Source: Tetramitus jugosus
Lineage: Eukaryota; Protista; Heterolobosea
NCBI GenBank assembly: GCA_937625935.1
Contig: OW569353.1
Coordinates: 310,001-374,000 of the forward strand
Direction of reading: 5' to 3'
Length of the DNA: 64,000 nt
Shown here: positions 1 through 11,561 of the stretch, piece by piece
How positions within the stretch are numbered: the stretch's first letter is position 1
Layout: every line of letters begins with the position of its first letter
The notes under the pieces: model-generated
What the model was told of the DNA's origin: nothing
The model's input: only the letters and a program-made list of their open reading frames with translations
Databases searched by the model: none
Made by a program: the position numbers and the translations under genes

Positions 1-2
1 GG

Positions 3-3000
3 AAAATTCTAATTTCTGCTCAGAAATCAATTGCTGACAACATGCTGATATCTCTTCTAACTTATAAGAATGAGAGTAATGAATCTGTGTGCTTGATCGA
101 TGGGTTCAATTTGCTACTTGAAAGGGATATATCCATATTTATGAATTGGCACAGCACCAATCCTGTTGTTGTACCATTTTTTGAAAGCAGAATAGGTACC
201 GAAGCACGCACATTGATGGAGGCAGATAAGAAGTCCGTCAAAACAGCAATGGCCTCATTGTTCCAAAAAGCACGCTCACGCTCTAATAGTTCAATCACCA
301 AGAAAGAAAAGAAGGCTCTCGAAACATACACTGTTCTTTCAAGAGAATGCAAACATGTTTTCAATACAATCAAAGAGCAGGGAGATTCAGCTGCGAAAAC
401 AAAGGTTGAGCAGGATGTCATTCGATATAAGTTTGCATTTGACCAATGGGATGCATTCAAACGTCAACTCTACATGGAAAGAGCTGTTTGGTATGATGGA
501 GATACAGTTAAAATGATTATCTGGGCACTTGATTCGACTGAGGGTCCACAAAGAATCCGTAAAAAGTTTGAGATGATGCAAGTAACCGGTGCGCTCGCAT
601 GGACGAAGAAGAGTCAAAATATTGAATCAACCCCAAGCATAACGGTGGAGAAGAGTGAACAGAATCCACAGTTCTTGATTGATCAATACAAGAAGTTTGA
701 GGAGCTTCAACTCTCACCAAAGGGTCTGCTCTCACCAATACCTCAAAAGAATTCTAGTCCTCACACTGAGACAGATAACACAATTGACAGTCATACCTCG
801 GATCAAGATGAAAACTCAGAATCAAATGATCATTCAGACAATACCGATGCTTTGAATGAATCTCATGATCTCAATTCAGAGACCGACAATTCAGAAACCA
901 CCTTTGAAGAAGATATGCAAGAGGATCTAGATATGCTCGATGAAGAAATGGGCGAATACTTCAAGATTCGAAGACTTCTGGAACCTGGAGAGAATATGGC
1001 CAACTCGGAGATTTATAACTCCTTAAAGGTCACAGGACTCGATGGACAGAAGGGCATCATTGTCTTATGTCAACACAATATGTACATCATTGATAATTTC
1101 ATGCTCACAAAGGATGAGAAGATCATTGAAGTCGATGGCAGTCATGTTACTTCAGCAACGTTTGACGATATCCCTCAAAGTCCATCTTCCGACACGAGTA
1201 CTAGTGGTGCACCAGTCATACCTATCAGTCATCATGTTATTAGAATCTCATACTCTGAAATCACACAAGTATTGAGGAGAAGATATCTTTTGCGTGTCAC
1301 CGCCTTAGAATTCTTTTGTGAGGATGGTAGAAACTATTTTGTTGTGTTTGAAAAGAGTGAAATGGAACCCATTCTCGACAAAGTTGTTGGACACTCTGGT
1401 GCCAAGAATATTAACAAAGGACCATCTCAAAAGCACATGACCTTATTGTGGCAAAAAGGAGAGATTAGTAACTTCGATTACTTGATGTACTTAAACACAT
1501 TGGCTGGTCGATCATACAATGATTTGACTCAATATCCAGTTTTCCCTTGGATTTTGAAAGATTATATGTCAGAAGAACTAGATTTGAATGATCCTAATGT
1601 CTTTAGAGACCTTTCCCGCCCTATGGGTGCTCAAACTGAAGAAAGAGCAAATCAGTTCAGACAGAGATTTAATGATTGGCCAGTTGAAACTGGTATCCCA
1701 AAGTTTCACTATGGCTCGCATTATTCATCCGCAGGTATCGTTCTGCACTATTTAATGAGAATTGAACCATTTACGACCCAGGCTATTGAGTTACAGGGTG
1801 GAAAATTTGATCATGCTGACAGAATGTTCCACTCGGTGCATGACACATGGCTATCTGCCTCAACAGACTACTCAATGGCAGATGTGAAGGAATTGATTCC
1901 AGAGTTCTTCTTCTTGCCCGAATTTTTAACCAACACCAATGATGTTGATTTTGGCAGACGACAAAATCACACCCGCGTGAACAATGTCGTACTACCTCCT
2001 TGGGCAAAGGGTGATCCTTTTGAATTTATTAGAATTCATAGATTAGCTCTGGAGAGTGATTATGTTTCTGAACATATTCATGATTGGATCGATCTTATAT
2101 TTGGTTATAAGCAGAAAGGAAAAGATGCAGAGGATGCCATTAATCTTTACTATTACTTAACATACGAAGGAGCCGTAGACATTGATGCCATCACTAACGA
2201 AGTTGACCGACAAGCAACTATCGCTCAAATTTCTAACTTTGGACAGACACCTCATCAAATATTCACTACACCTCATCCTAAACGAAATGCAGGACAATTG
2301 AGTCACTCTGGTCCTAATGTTGTTGCTGAATTGTTGACTAATATGAAGAAACCAACTACTCCGGGCGATGTTTCTGTGATCAGCTACAAGCTACCATTGG
2401 AAAACAAACAACTACTTTATTTGTCTTTAGATTCAATCGAGGGTCGAATCTGTACCAGTGCTGATGTGGTGTTCATGAACTTTACGCAATCCGGTGAAAA
2501 ATCACTGAAACCTAGACTTATGAATACGGGAACAATGATGAAAACACCACAAAATTGTGTTGGCCAAATTGCATCATCCAAGAGTGACGTTGTCGTATTG
2601 AAAAAGAATTGCTTCATGTGGGGACCAAAGGGAAGCAAGTACTTCTCATATGGACATCCAGATCACAGCTTACGCATTTCTAGAATTGGTGACGATCATC
2701 ACCATGCTAGGATGACTTATGAAAATCTTCATACGTCTCAAATTTCATGTGCCACATGTACTGACGATAAGAAAACTCTTATCACAGGAGGAGATGACTC
2801 TGCGGTTTCTGTTTGGAAGCTAGAGAGAGCAAGTAGTGGTCGAAAGAGAAAAGTAAACCTCACACTTAAAAAGAGGTTATGTGGACATTGTGATACTATT
2901 ACTTGCCTTTCCGCATCTACCTCTTTCAGTATCCTAGTCTCCGGATCGAAGGATGGTGCATGTATTGTGTGGGATTTGAATACTCTCCAATACATTAGAC

Positions 3001-3503
3001 TCCTAGAACATCAAGCTGTCTCGGATCGTGTGTGTATGGATGATAATTCAATCTCTTGCATCGCTATAAGCGCTCATAATGGCGATATTGCTGTTTGTTT
3101 GAACAACATCATCTATTTGTGGTCTATCAACGGAGCGTTGCTGGCCAAAGTTGATACCAGAGCTAGCAAAATTACTGCAATTTGTTTGTCAAACGCACCA
3201 AAATGGTACAATGATAATTTCATTGTTACTGGTCATGAGGATGGTTCCTTAAAGATATGGACGTATGACTTCTCTGCCACTCCCGATCCAAACAAATTGC
3301 AAGAAGAATACTATACTGACTCTGGACCAAACGGAATTTCAACATCCAGTGGTGGTCTGCTGGGTTCACTGTCAATCAAGCTCCACTCAACCAAGCATCT
3401 AAATACCTCTGAAGTAACATGTATTTACATAACTGAAGACCTCCAGAAACTTTATGCAGGTGACAACATGGGCACTGTAACGAGCTGGGAGGCTCCAAAT
3501 TAA
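3..3503 (+). CDS. BEACH-domain protein (PH-BEACH-WD40 C-terminus; WDFY3/ALFY/LvsA/SPIRRIG-like), 5'-truncated by the window edge
   Basis: The frame is open from nt 3. BEACH motifs are present (WQKGEISNFDYLMYLNTLAGRSYNDLTQYPVFPW, HYGSHYSS, LQGGKFDHADRMF, DVKELIPEFF, LPPWAKG, NFGQTP), preceded by the PH segment RRYLLRVTALEFF and followed by WD40 repeats. Confidence 0.95.
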   Translation, partial: KILISAQKSIADNMLISLLTYKNESNESVCLIDGFNLLLERDISIFMNWHSTNPVVVPFFESRIGTEARTLMEADKKSVKTAMASLFQKARSRSNSSITKKEKKALETYTVLSRECKHVFNTIKEQGDSAAKTKVEQDVIRYKFAFDQWDAFKRQLYMERAVWYDGDTVKMIIWALDSTEGPQRIRKKFEMMQVTGALAWTKKSQNIESTPSITVEKSEQNPQFLIDQYKKFEELQLSPKGLLSPIPQKNSSPHTETDNTIDSHTSDQDENSESNDHSDNTDALNESHDLNSETDNSETTFEEDMQEDLDMLDEEMGEYFKIRRLLEPGENMANSEIYNSLKVTGLDGQKGIIVLCQHNMYIIDNFMLTKDEKIIEVDGSHVTSATFDDIPQSPSSDTSTSGAPVIPISHHVIRISYSEITQVLRRRYLLRVTALEFFCEDGRNYFVVFEKSEMEPILDKVVGHSGAKNINKGPSQKHMTLLWQKGEISNFDYLMYLNTLAGRSYNDLTQYPVFPWILKDYMSEELDLNDPNVFRDLSRPMGAQTEERANQFRQRFNDWPVETGIPKFHYGSHYSSAGIVLHYLMRIEPFTTQAIELQGGKFDHADRMFHSVHDTWLSASTDYSMADVKELIPEFFFLPEFLTNTNDVDFGRRQNHTRVNNVVLPPWAKGDPFEFIRIHRLALESDYVSEHIHDWIDLIFGYKQKGKDAEDAINLYYYLTYEGAVDIDAITNEVDRQATIAQISNFGQTPHQIFTTPHPKRNAGQLSHSGPNVVAELLTNMKKPTTPGDVSVISYKLPLENKQLLYLSLDSIEGRICTSADVVFMNFTQSGEKSLKPRLMNTGTMMKTPQNCVGQIASSKSDVVVLKKNCFMWGPKGSKYFSYGHPDHSLRISRIGDDHHHARMTYENLHTSQISCATCTDDKKTLITGGDDSAVSVWKLERASSGRKRKVNLTLKKRLCGHCDTITCLSASTSFSILVSGSKDGACIVWDLNTLQYIRLLEHQAVSDRVCMDDNSISCIAISAHNGDIAVCLNNIIYLWSINGALLAKVDTRASKITAICLSNAPKWYNDNFIVTGHEDGSLKIWTYDFSATPDPNKLQEEYYTDSGPNGISTSSGGLLGSLSIKLHSTKHLNTSEVTCIYITEDLQKLYAGDNMGTVTSWEAPN

Positions 3504-3534
3504 TTGTACAGACAACCAACTACAATAAATTATT

Positions 3535-6279
3535 TTATTCTGCCAATTGGTTGAGCATATCTCGGTACTCTATAATGACTCTTTGAAGAGCAAGATCCTT
3601 TCCAACAAATTGCAGCAACTTGCTCAACATTGTTCGCTTTGGCATCTTGCCAACAAATGGATTCCAGTCATCTGAAGTTCCTTGTTTCCTCACCGGCCCG
3701 AGCAACGAATTGCACAACTCTGCAAATCTATCAACATTGTTTGTTCGAGACAAATGTCTTGCATAGGCTTTCAAAAAGTGGAGATAACCACTATCATCAT
3801 CGAGTGCTGCCGTAGACGCGAGGCCAATTTCTAAATCTTCAATTGTTTGAAGCGACCGCTTTTGTTGATCAACAACCGTTTCGTCGTTAGAGACAGCCTC
3901 TATACGACACTGTTCTGCCAGTCGTGCTGCTCTCGTCTTTAAGTATCTGTACGTCAAATTCTCATAAATCTCGTCTCCATGATCGTTGTCATACAAATGG
4001 GTTGCGGATGATACAAATGACGATAATGAAGCATGAGAATCTGCAATACACAACCAAGTTTTGAGTGAGTGATTATATGAATATGACTCTCCATTGCTCA
4101 AGGTGACAACTGGAACTCCAGTCGCAGTTACACCGACATCGTCAATGAATCGATTTTGACGAGGATTCCTGTACACAATATGATCCGCTGAACTTTGAGC
4201 AATGCATTTCGTCCTTAAAACATCCCACAAATAAAGCATCTTCTCGCTAGTAACAACTACCAAATGTCGATCCTTATTACAACAAATATGCTGTGCGACA
4301 CTATCGAGTATAAGAGGTGGCAGCAACCTGCGTCCAGTTCTCGAGAAAATATGAACAGAGTTTAGCTTTCCAGTAACAGCGACAAAATTGGAATTAACAG
4401 CGGCGTTGATTGGTGCTTCTCCTATATTGGCATTCCAACTACACACCCCGTTATGCAAATAACTAATCTCACCCTCCACAGAACATTTGACTTCTTCCTT
4501 ATCGTTAATCTTCATGTATAGAGGCTCAGGAGCAAATTGATCCACAAGAACAGGGTCTTCTCGCCGGCGCTTCGCCTCATTTTCTGTGGACTCCTCCACT
4601 CGGTCTCTCTTCTTAGACACCACCTGGACAGACTTTGCTGAAGTAACAACCGGTTTATCAACTGCAGTGTTCAGTGTGAGCGCAGAGTTAATAATATTCG
4701 ATCCTTCGTTCATTCTGTTTTCCATTATTTGTATAGCATTAGGCTGAGCAATTGTTGTCTCTTGGCTGGGTTTCTTACTTGAAGAATCGGTGTTGGCTGC
4801 AGTCTTAGTCCTTTGAGGGATTAGTACATTTGCAACTGGTCTTACAACCAATGGTTGAATTCTTCTCTTTCCATCCTTTGTTCTTGTTTCCTTTTGTTTC
4901 TCAATAATCGGTATTCCGTCATCAATAGGCTGCTGAGCAATAACTGACTGTTGTAATCCTTCTGAAAACTCATCAAAGGGCTCGGGATCGTTCAAGTCTA
5001 TAAAGGAGTCAATAAGCGGAGCCTCTAACAGTGATCTGGAAGAGCTAAACTCACCATACTTCTCCCTCATCAAACTATTCACCTTGTACTGAGGCATGGG
5101 TTTTCCAAAGAAGTCGGTTGGAAAACGAATAACAGTTACACTACCATCTGAGGAAGAGCACAGCATCACATTTCCATTCTTATTCCACGCAATATCGGTA
5201 ATACCTTCACGTACAAGATCAGATATGATAAAGAGGGGTCTACCAGCATTGGTGGCCCATATCGAGATCGAAGAATCCATGCTTCCTAGTGCCACAACAG
5301 TCACCATATGCTTCTCATCTTCAGGATCTTCAAATATCACTGGATTATATTTGGCTACGATCACTGAATCTTTATGACCACTAAATTCATTCGTGTGCTT
5401 AAATTCCTTTCTCGAAACAATGGGAGCAACATGATTCTTACCACTGAGACCATTCACCACAACAATAAACTCTCCATCGGGCGACCACGTAGGCCTATAA
5501 GCCATATTGTCACCCATCGAGTGTGAAAATGGCTCTACGATCGATGTAGTCTCAGACCATGTGCTCGAAGACCACACAACCACTTGTTTTTCTGCCTGTG
5601 CCAGTAAATATTTTCCAATTGGATCCCATATGACTCCCTTAACGATTCCATCCATTGACAATGTCTGCAAATGCACTCTCTGCTCCACATCGTACACACA
5701 AACAGTGTTATCAACGCCACACGATGCCAAATATTTGCTATCACGACTCCAATCGATACACAGGACATCTCTCGTGTGACCTCCGAATAATTTAACACAT
5801 CTCCAACTCTCTTTTTGATCCATGCTGGGCATTACGTGCTGTTCATACTGATACAAGCTAATTTTCTGATCATCACTCGCACAACTGATAAAACGACCAT
5901 TGGGAGAGAACCGAAGACAATTAATGGTCAATGTATGATGATCCAACTTTGCAATTAATTCCTCCTTTGGATTCACATTGACAACAAGGTCCAATTGAAC
6001 AGTGTTGGACAGAGAAATTTGTTGTTGATCCATTGTCTTGCTATTGATATTATCATCACCAATGATGCTAGAACTACCAGAACCATTATCATCACTATTG
6101 AATAATTTGATTGTTCGGTACAAATAAACATCTTTGAACAGAGCAATGGCAAATCGAGTGCCATCTGGATGAATGTCCAATGTGTATATGGAATGTTGTT
6201 CCTTGGAGATGTTCGTTGGCCATGTTGGTTTCTCAATAATAAACTTGTGATTGTGCTTGGTGGTCACTTGTTCACTCAT
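3535..6279 (-). CDS. HIRA: HIRA histone H3.3 chaperone
   Basis: N-terminal WD40 repeats (IYTLDIHPDGTRFA, RPTWSPDG, ALGSMDSSISIW), the Asf1-binding B motif KETRTKDGKRRIQP and a C-terminal Hira domain (FSRTGRRLLPPL, YSYNHSLKTWL). Confidence 0.95.
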   Translation of the reverse strand: MSEQVTTKHNHKFIIEKPTWPTNISKEQHSIYTLDIHPDGTRFAIALFKDVYLYRTIKLFNSDDNGSGSSSIIGDDNINSKTMDQQQISLSNTVQLDLVVNVNPKEELIAKLDHHTLTINCLRFSPNGRFISCASDDQKISLYQYEQHVMPSMDQKESWRCVKLFGGHTRDVLCIDWSRDSKYLASCGVDNTVCVYDVEQRVHLQTLSMDGIVKGVIWDPIGKYLLAQAEKQVVVWSSSTWSETTSIVEPFSHSMGDNMAYRPTWSPDGEFIVVVNGLSGKNHVAPIVSRKEFKHTNEFSGHKDSVIVAKYNPVIFEDPEDEKHMVTVVALGSMDSSISIWATNAGRPLFIISDLVREGITDIAWNKNGNVMLCSSSDGSVTVIRFPTDFFGKPMPQYKVNSLMREKYGEFSSSRSLLEAPLIDSFIDLNDPEPFDEFSEGLQQSVIAQQPIDDGIPIIEKQKETRTKDGKRRIQPLVVRPVANVLIPQRTKTAANTDSSSKKPSQETTIAQPNAIQIMENRMNEGSNIINSALTLNTAVDKPVVTSAKSVQVVSKKRDRVEESTENEAKRRREDPVLVDQFAPEPLYMKINDKEEVKCSVEGEISYLHNGVCSWNANIGEAPINAAVNSNFVAVTGKLNSVHIFSRTGRRLLPPLILDSVAQHICCNKDRHLVVVTSEKMLYLWDVLRTKCIAQSSADHIVYRNPRQNRFIDDVGVTATGVPVVTLSNGESYSYNHSLKTWLCIADSHASLSSFVSSATHLYDNDHGDEIYENLTYRYLKTRAARLAEQCRIEAVSNDETVVDQQKRSLQTIEDLEIGLASTAALDDDSGYLHFLKAYARHLSRTNNVDRFAELCNSLLGPVRKQGTSDDWNPFVGKMPKRTMLSKLLQFVGKDLALQRVIIEYRDMLNQLAE

Positions 6280-6358
6280 TTGTGGCCGCGCTTTTTCTTT
6301 TTTGATTTTCTCGATTTTTTTGTTCGCAATTTTGAGATGAAACGATCACGAATGAGAA

Positions 6359-6439
6359 TTTGGGCGCCAAAGATACTTGGCGGGCACTCGCGAAACTTGG
6401 AAGCGTCCAACTGAATGCAGCCAACGACAGCGCGGGAAA
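6359..6439. promoter_or_regulatory. Cluster of E2F-like sites in the divergent promoter of HIRA and the membrane-protein gene
   Basis: TTTGGGCGCCAAA at 6359-6371, TTGGCGGG at 6377-6384 and GCGCGGGAAA at 6430-6439 (TTTCCCGC on the minus strand), in an otherwise CpG-poor background. Confidence 0.5.
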
Positions 6440-6690
6440 TCGTAGGAGTTGAATTTTTTGGATGCGACTCTTTTCGGACACCATCAATCACTATCCAAAC
6501 CAACAACCACAACCATTTTGCAACGAATTATCTCTTATTTCCATTTTGGACAATCTACTCGAAACATTGGTCAGCGAACAGTAGTAGGAAGAGAAGAGGC
6601 TGACACACACAAACGATTGTTCGTTTTCTATAGAAATCCATCTATATATTCTATATATTAAGCTGCTTTTAAATATCGTCAAAAGGCATA

Positions 6691-8157
6691 ATGAATCCTT
6701 TTAGTATCGTTCTTGTGATATTCGATTTTATACTACTGGGATGTTTGACGTTCAACAGTGTACTGTGCATTGCATCAGGCATCATGGTGCTTTTTCTGCA
6801 TCGACATGCATTGAATGTGTTGTGGTCCAGTAGACTACTATTGCTCACGTTTGTTGCTCTATGGAATGTATGTGTGCCTCAACTTCCTTTTCATCATATG
6901 ACATCTGCTACGGACATGTGTTTTTTATTTGTTAAAAGTTGTTGTTGTTGTTGTTGTGCACGAGTCATCATCATTGACACGCAGATTCATTAGATTGGAA
7001 TATTGTTTGGCGCTGTCGAGTACATTTGGGATGCAGCCTCCGTTGAGAGAGCAATGTGCAGAGTTTATACCGGATTGGTGTACAGTCCTGGTCATGCTGG
7101 TGTCACCAGCACTCTTTTATTTATTTTGTTTCAATATGTGTATGTACAATGCTTCTAAACAAGTGCACAATCTCTTGTTCTTGTGTGTGTGTCGCCATTC
7201 GAGCTAACCATGCATTCTCTCTTGTGTCATGTCACACATCTCTATCATGTGAATCTCTATCTATACCAGACCATCACCATCAAACACGGATCGGTCTCGA
7301 GAACATATCGAACAGTCAAAAGCATCAAAGATATTGAGCTCACTGCTGCCTAGCATTCATATTTTTTGGAAAACTCTGCTCGTTGTTTCGATCGTATTTG
7401 TCATACAACTCGCTCTGTTGTTGGTCGATGTGTTTTTAAAGAGCTCAAAAGTTCCACAGTTTATCTTTGCTAACTATAGCAAAAAATATGGACGATGTCA
7501 TCAACCGATTGCTCCCTTCTCGATCTATGCATTGTATTCTGCACTTTTCTTGATAGTTTTCAGTAAGTGATTCAATGATGAGATGTATTTTGTTGTTGTT
7601 TTTGTTGTTATTTTGGTATGAAAGAACGTGCACTCAATATCTATCTCTGTGTCTGTAGCTATTGCATGTAGTAGAATGTACCGAACAATTGTGAATTATA
7701 GGCTGAAAAGGCGCTTAATCGTTGCGCAAACTCTGGTCTCTCTATTTATTAGCATTGCACTTCTCATGCGATGCATTGAACTAGTTGCAGCTATCGTTAA
7801 CTGGAATCAGATCAATCATTTATTTAGATTGCTATCCGCTCTCTTTGATTTGATTACATCACTTGTAATAGTTATCGTAAGTCATTCCTCTCTTTGTTTC
7901 TGCTAACCAAAGTATCTACTCACACCTTTTCATCTACTCACTTGTGTAAACTACAGTTTTTTGTCATGATACCCATCATTGACACAGCACGAGCACCAAA
8001 ACTTATTCTAACTCCCATGCATTCGGAGCCATCGATGACTCCTGAACGGAAAACCACACCAGAATCCACCAATAAGAGCAGTGAACGCCTATTACCAAAG
8101 TCCAAGCGTTCCTCATCGGTTGAATTCCTAGATATTTCCACATCCAATCACATATGA
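6691..8157 (+). CDS. Multi-pass (about 7 TM) membrane protein, 5 exons
   Basis: GT-AG introns at 6868-6993, 7140-7269, 7563-7658 and 7877-7956 join the fragments into one open hydrophobic frame containing WSSRLLL, CRVY, CHQP, IVNYRLKRR and VMIPIID. Confidence 0.8.
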
Positions 8158-8286
8158 CAACCTCATCCATAAAAATTCAAAAAATGCAATCATCTTTGTA
8201 GATGTCAAATCAAAATGTCCGATCGATTGATCCGTCAAGTTGTGATCCGTGTTATCAAGCGAAAAAAACAACAAACGAGAACAAAC

Positions 8287-11200
8287 ATGAAACTCACCAG
8301 CGTTCCTTCCTATTTTGTGATCGCTGTGACTACCATATGTGCCATTGCTCTCCTGTTCATTGGTGTAACTCAGTTGTACGCTGACAAAGAAGCTGAGAAA
8401 TTGACTCAACGTTTATCGAGAGCTCTCGACCTGTTCAAGAAGAACAACAACACGAGCACCAATAACGACAAGATGAGAAGCTTCTTTAGCAATCCACCTG
8501 AGAGAGATCAGTGCCTCATGTCCTGGATGCATCCAAACTACATTCAGCTTCGAGTGCCCAAACTCAAGGACAAAGTCAAGGACAAGTACCATTTGTATCT
8601 CTACCGAGAGAAGTCTGATGAATTTGCAGTGAATGGTATTCCTGTGTTGTTTATTCATGGTCATGGAGGTTTATACAAGCAAGCGAGATCGTTGGGACCA
8701 GCTGTTGACAAGAGAAGGCAAGCGGATAGTCCATTTCCAGATTCTTTCAATCATTTGTTGTCGAAACTCCATACGATTCAAGCTTCGAATGAAACCACTG
8801 GATATGTTCCATTGGATATCTTCACTGTCGACTTTTTGGAGGAGTTTTCTTCGTTCCATTCTCAGTTGCTCTGGGATCAAGCATCCTATGTCAATCATTG
8901 CATCAAATTCATTATGAGCATGTACAACACAGGACAAAAGTCTGTAATTATTGTGGCTCATTCTATGGGAGGATTGGTGGCTAGAGCTGTTCCTCTATTG
9001 AAGTCCTATACAGAGGGATCGATTGATACCATGATCACATTGAGCACCCCTCACAGAGAGCATCCATTATTTGTGGACTCATCTCTCTATTCCTTCTATA
9101 ACACAATCAACACTGAATGGATCACTCGTAAGGATAAATTTAAGGATATGGCCGTCATCTCCATTGGAAATGGTTTTAGAGATACGATGATTCGTTCAGA
9201 TGCAACTAATCTTCAAGGTATTATCGGAGAAGAGAACAGTTTCTCAGTTTCTTCGTACTCTGTCCAGAATGTCAGAATATCGCCTGATCACCTCAGTATT
9301 ACCTGGTGCAGACAAGTGATGAACACGATCGGTAATGCCTTGCTAGAACTTGTGAATTCCAAGGAAAATACCAAGATGGGCTTATTTGATGCACCATTGA
9401 AGGACAGAATGAATATTTTGAAGAAACATTTCTTGGAGAGTCCTGCCTATCGAAATCTTCTCCACGTTCACGACACTATCGAATACTTCCCACTAGTTCC
9501 CAAGAATAGAATATTGGCAAACAGAAACTCGCTGACAATCAGCGAACTGAACTCCAGCTTTAAGCCTTTATCCAATATCATTTATGTTTTTGATGCGAAG
9601 AAAGCCAGACAAGCCAAAAGAGACTCCCTGTCAATTCTGAGTAACTTTCCTCAGGATCAATTTAGTATCTATGGATCTAATGGAGATGAACCAGACAGAT
9701 ACTTTAGATTGAACAATATGATTGAATCTTTACCTTTTGTTAAGGTGGGTCAAAAGCAAGAACAAGAGGAATCTATTAACCAAGTTGCTCAATCGATATT
9801 CAGATTGAATGCACGTACATTATCTAGTAAGTATGAGTGAATTTTGCAACTAACAATCCTCCAACAGAGCGATACTAACACAAACATAGAATTTGATGAG
9901 ATAGTGATCAGTGCACATCAAATTCAATCGGAGAATAGTCAATTAACTGTGGACTTTTACTCCGAGAAGAGTATGTACTTGCCCTTTTTTGTATCGAATG
10001 CAGCTCCTTGAGATACTGACATCATATGTATTTCTTATTAGAATCACAACAATTGGCTACTTTCCCTGGGTTTGCACAGTTGTTGACGCAGCCTGTGACC
10101 ATTCTAACCAATCAAAAACATGAAGGAGTCGTCCATATCAAGATGAATAAGTTTCCAAGACAGTATGCCTATAGAATGAAAGTTAAGGAATGTAGCTCCA
10201 AGCATATGCACCCTATTGCCTATGTATATTACACAGACAAATACCCAACATTTGAAGATCGATACTATGTAGATGCACGAGATTTTAAGATTAAGTTTTT
10301 CTATAGCAACAGTGCCTCGAATGGATTTACGACGACACTCCTCATGAATCCTTCATGTCCTCTCACTGTTATGGTTGATATTGATATTCCAGAAACCCTT
10401 TCCCAAGTGTTTAGATTCAATCACTCCCCAATTTTAGCAACTATGATCGCTATTATGCTTCTCGCATGCTCTCACCAGATATCAACAGGTATGTTTCGTT
10501 GTATGCATGAATATTTACTCACAGTAAGCTAACATCTATTGTTTAGGTTTCAAGATTGGAATTACCCGCTCAATTTACTCCATTCTCTTTTCAAGAATTA
10601 TCCCAATACTATGCACCCTTCTACCCCTCATTACTACCTACATACCTGTATCCCAGATTCCACAGTTGCTCACAAACTCCAAGATATTTTCAAGTCATAC
10701 TCCATCTCTTCATCAAGATGATTGCTGGTACATTTTGATTGTTGGATTGTTTGCTTATGCTGTTGTTGTATTGTTAGCATTTACTCTTCACCTGTTGACA
10801 CTAGTTTTGGCTTTGCCAATGAAGTTAGTGTTTGGTTTGCCTAACTATTTCAGAAGATTAACGGGGTATGTTTGATATGAAATATTTGTGTATCCAAAAA
10901 CCGCTCTTTTCTAACCACTATTATAGAGGTGTATGGTTTATTGTGATGAACAGTTTGGGTTTAATCGCACTCTTCTGTATTCACTCGGGTTTAGCGTTTG
11001 GTTTGGGTCTGATACTTATGATCGGAAATCTTTCCTTTAGAAAGTTTGCTAGAAACAAGCCACAAACATATGTATTTACAAATAATAGTAGATCAGGTGC
11101 CCTATTGTTCTGTGCTGTTGCATCCATTCTAATTGGCTGCCCAACTATCGTGTATTTGCGTGAATGGCAATTGAGAGTCGAATCCAATTTTGATCCAAAG

Positions 11201-11557
11201 AACGAAGACGCTCTCACTCACATATCTCAAATATCATATCTAGCTAAGCTCTTTGCATCTCAGATGCCAGATCGCTACTTTGTTGATTCAACAAAGCTTC
11301 TGTTGCTCCCTCTGATTCAATACTTTAGCTACTATTTTACTCATAGTATTTATGAGACAAAGCAAGGAACTGGTATGATAGAATTGATTGTAAGAGTTGT
11401 TCTAGAATCGTCTGCATACTTTGTGCTCATTGCTAGCAGATTTAGAGGATACTTAAGTATCTATGCACTTGCTGTCTCAAGTATTGCCCTATTCGCCTAT
11501 GGTTTTAGCAGAAGCACTGAAACAAAGCGAAATAATATCAAACAGAAGACCGATTAA
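8287..11557 (+). CDS. PGAP1: GPI inositol-deacylase (PGAP1/Bst1), 5 exons
   Basis: N-terminal TM helix, KYHLYLYRE, GIPVLFIHGHGG-YKQARS, lipase motif VAHSMGG, TLSTPH, DHLSITWCRQ and C-terminal TM helices. Introns at 9827-9889, 9971-10041, 10489-10546 and 10866-10926. Confidence 0.93.
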
Positions 11558-11561
11558 AAGT

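Noticed and set aside
6691-11557. Fragmented ORFs suggesting stop-codon reassignment, frameshifting or pseudogenes
   Set aside because: Every break is resolved by canonical GT-AG introns. I saw no AT-AC introns or in-frame Sec-type TGA in any gene model.
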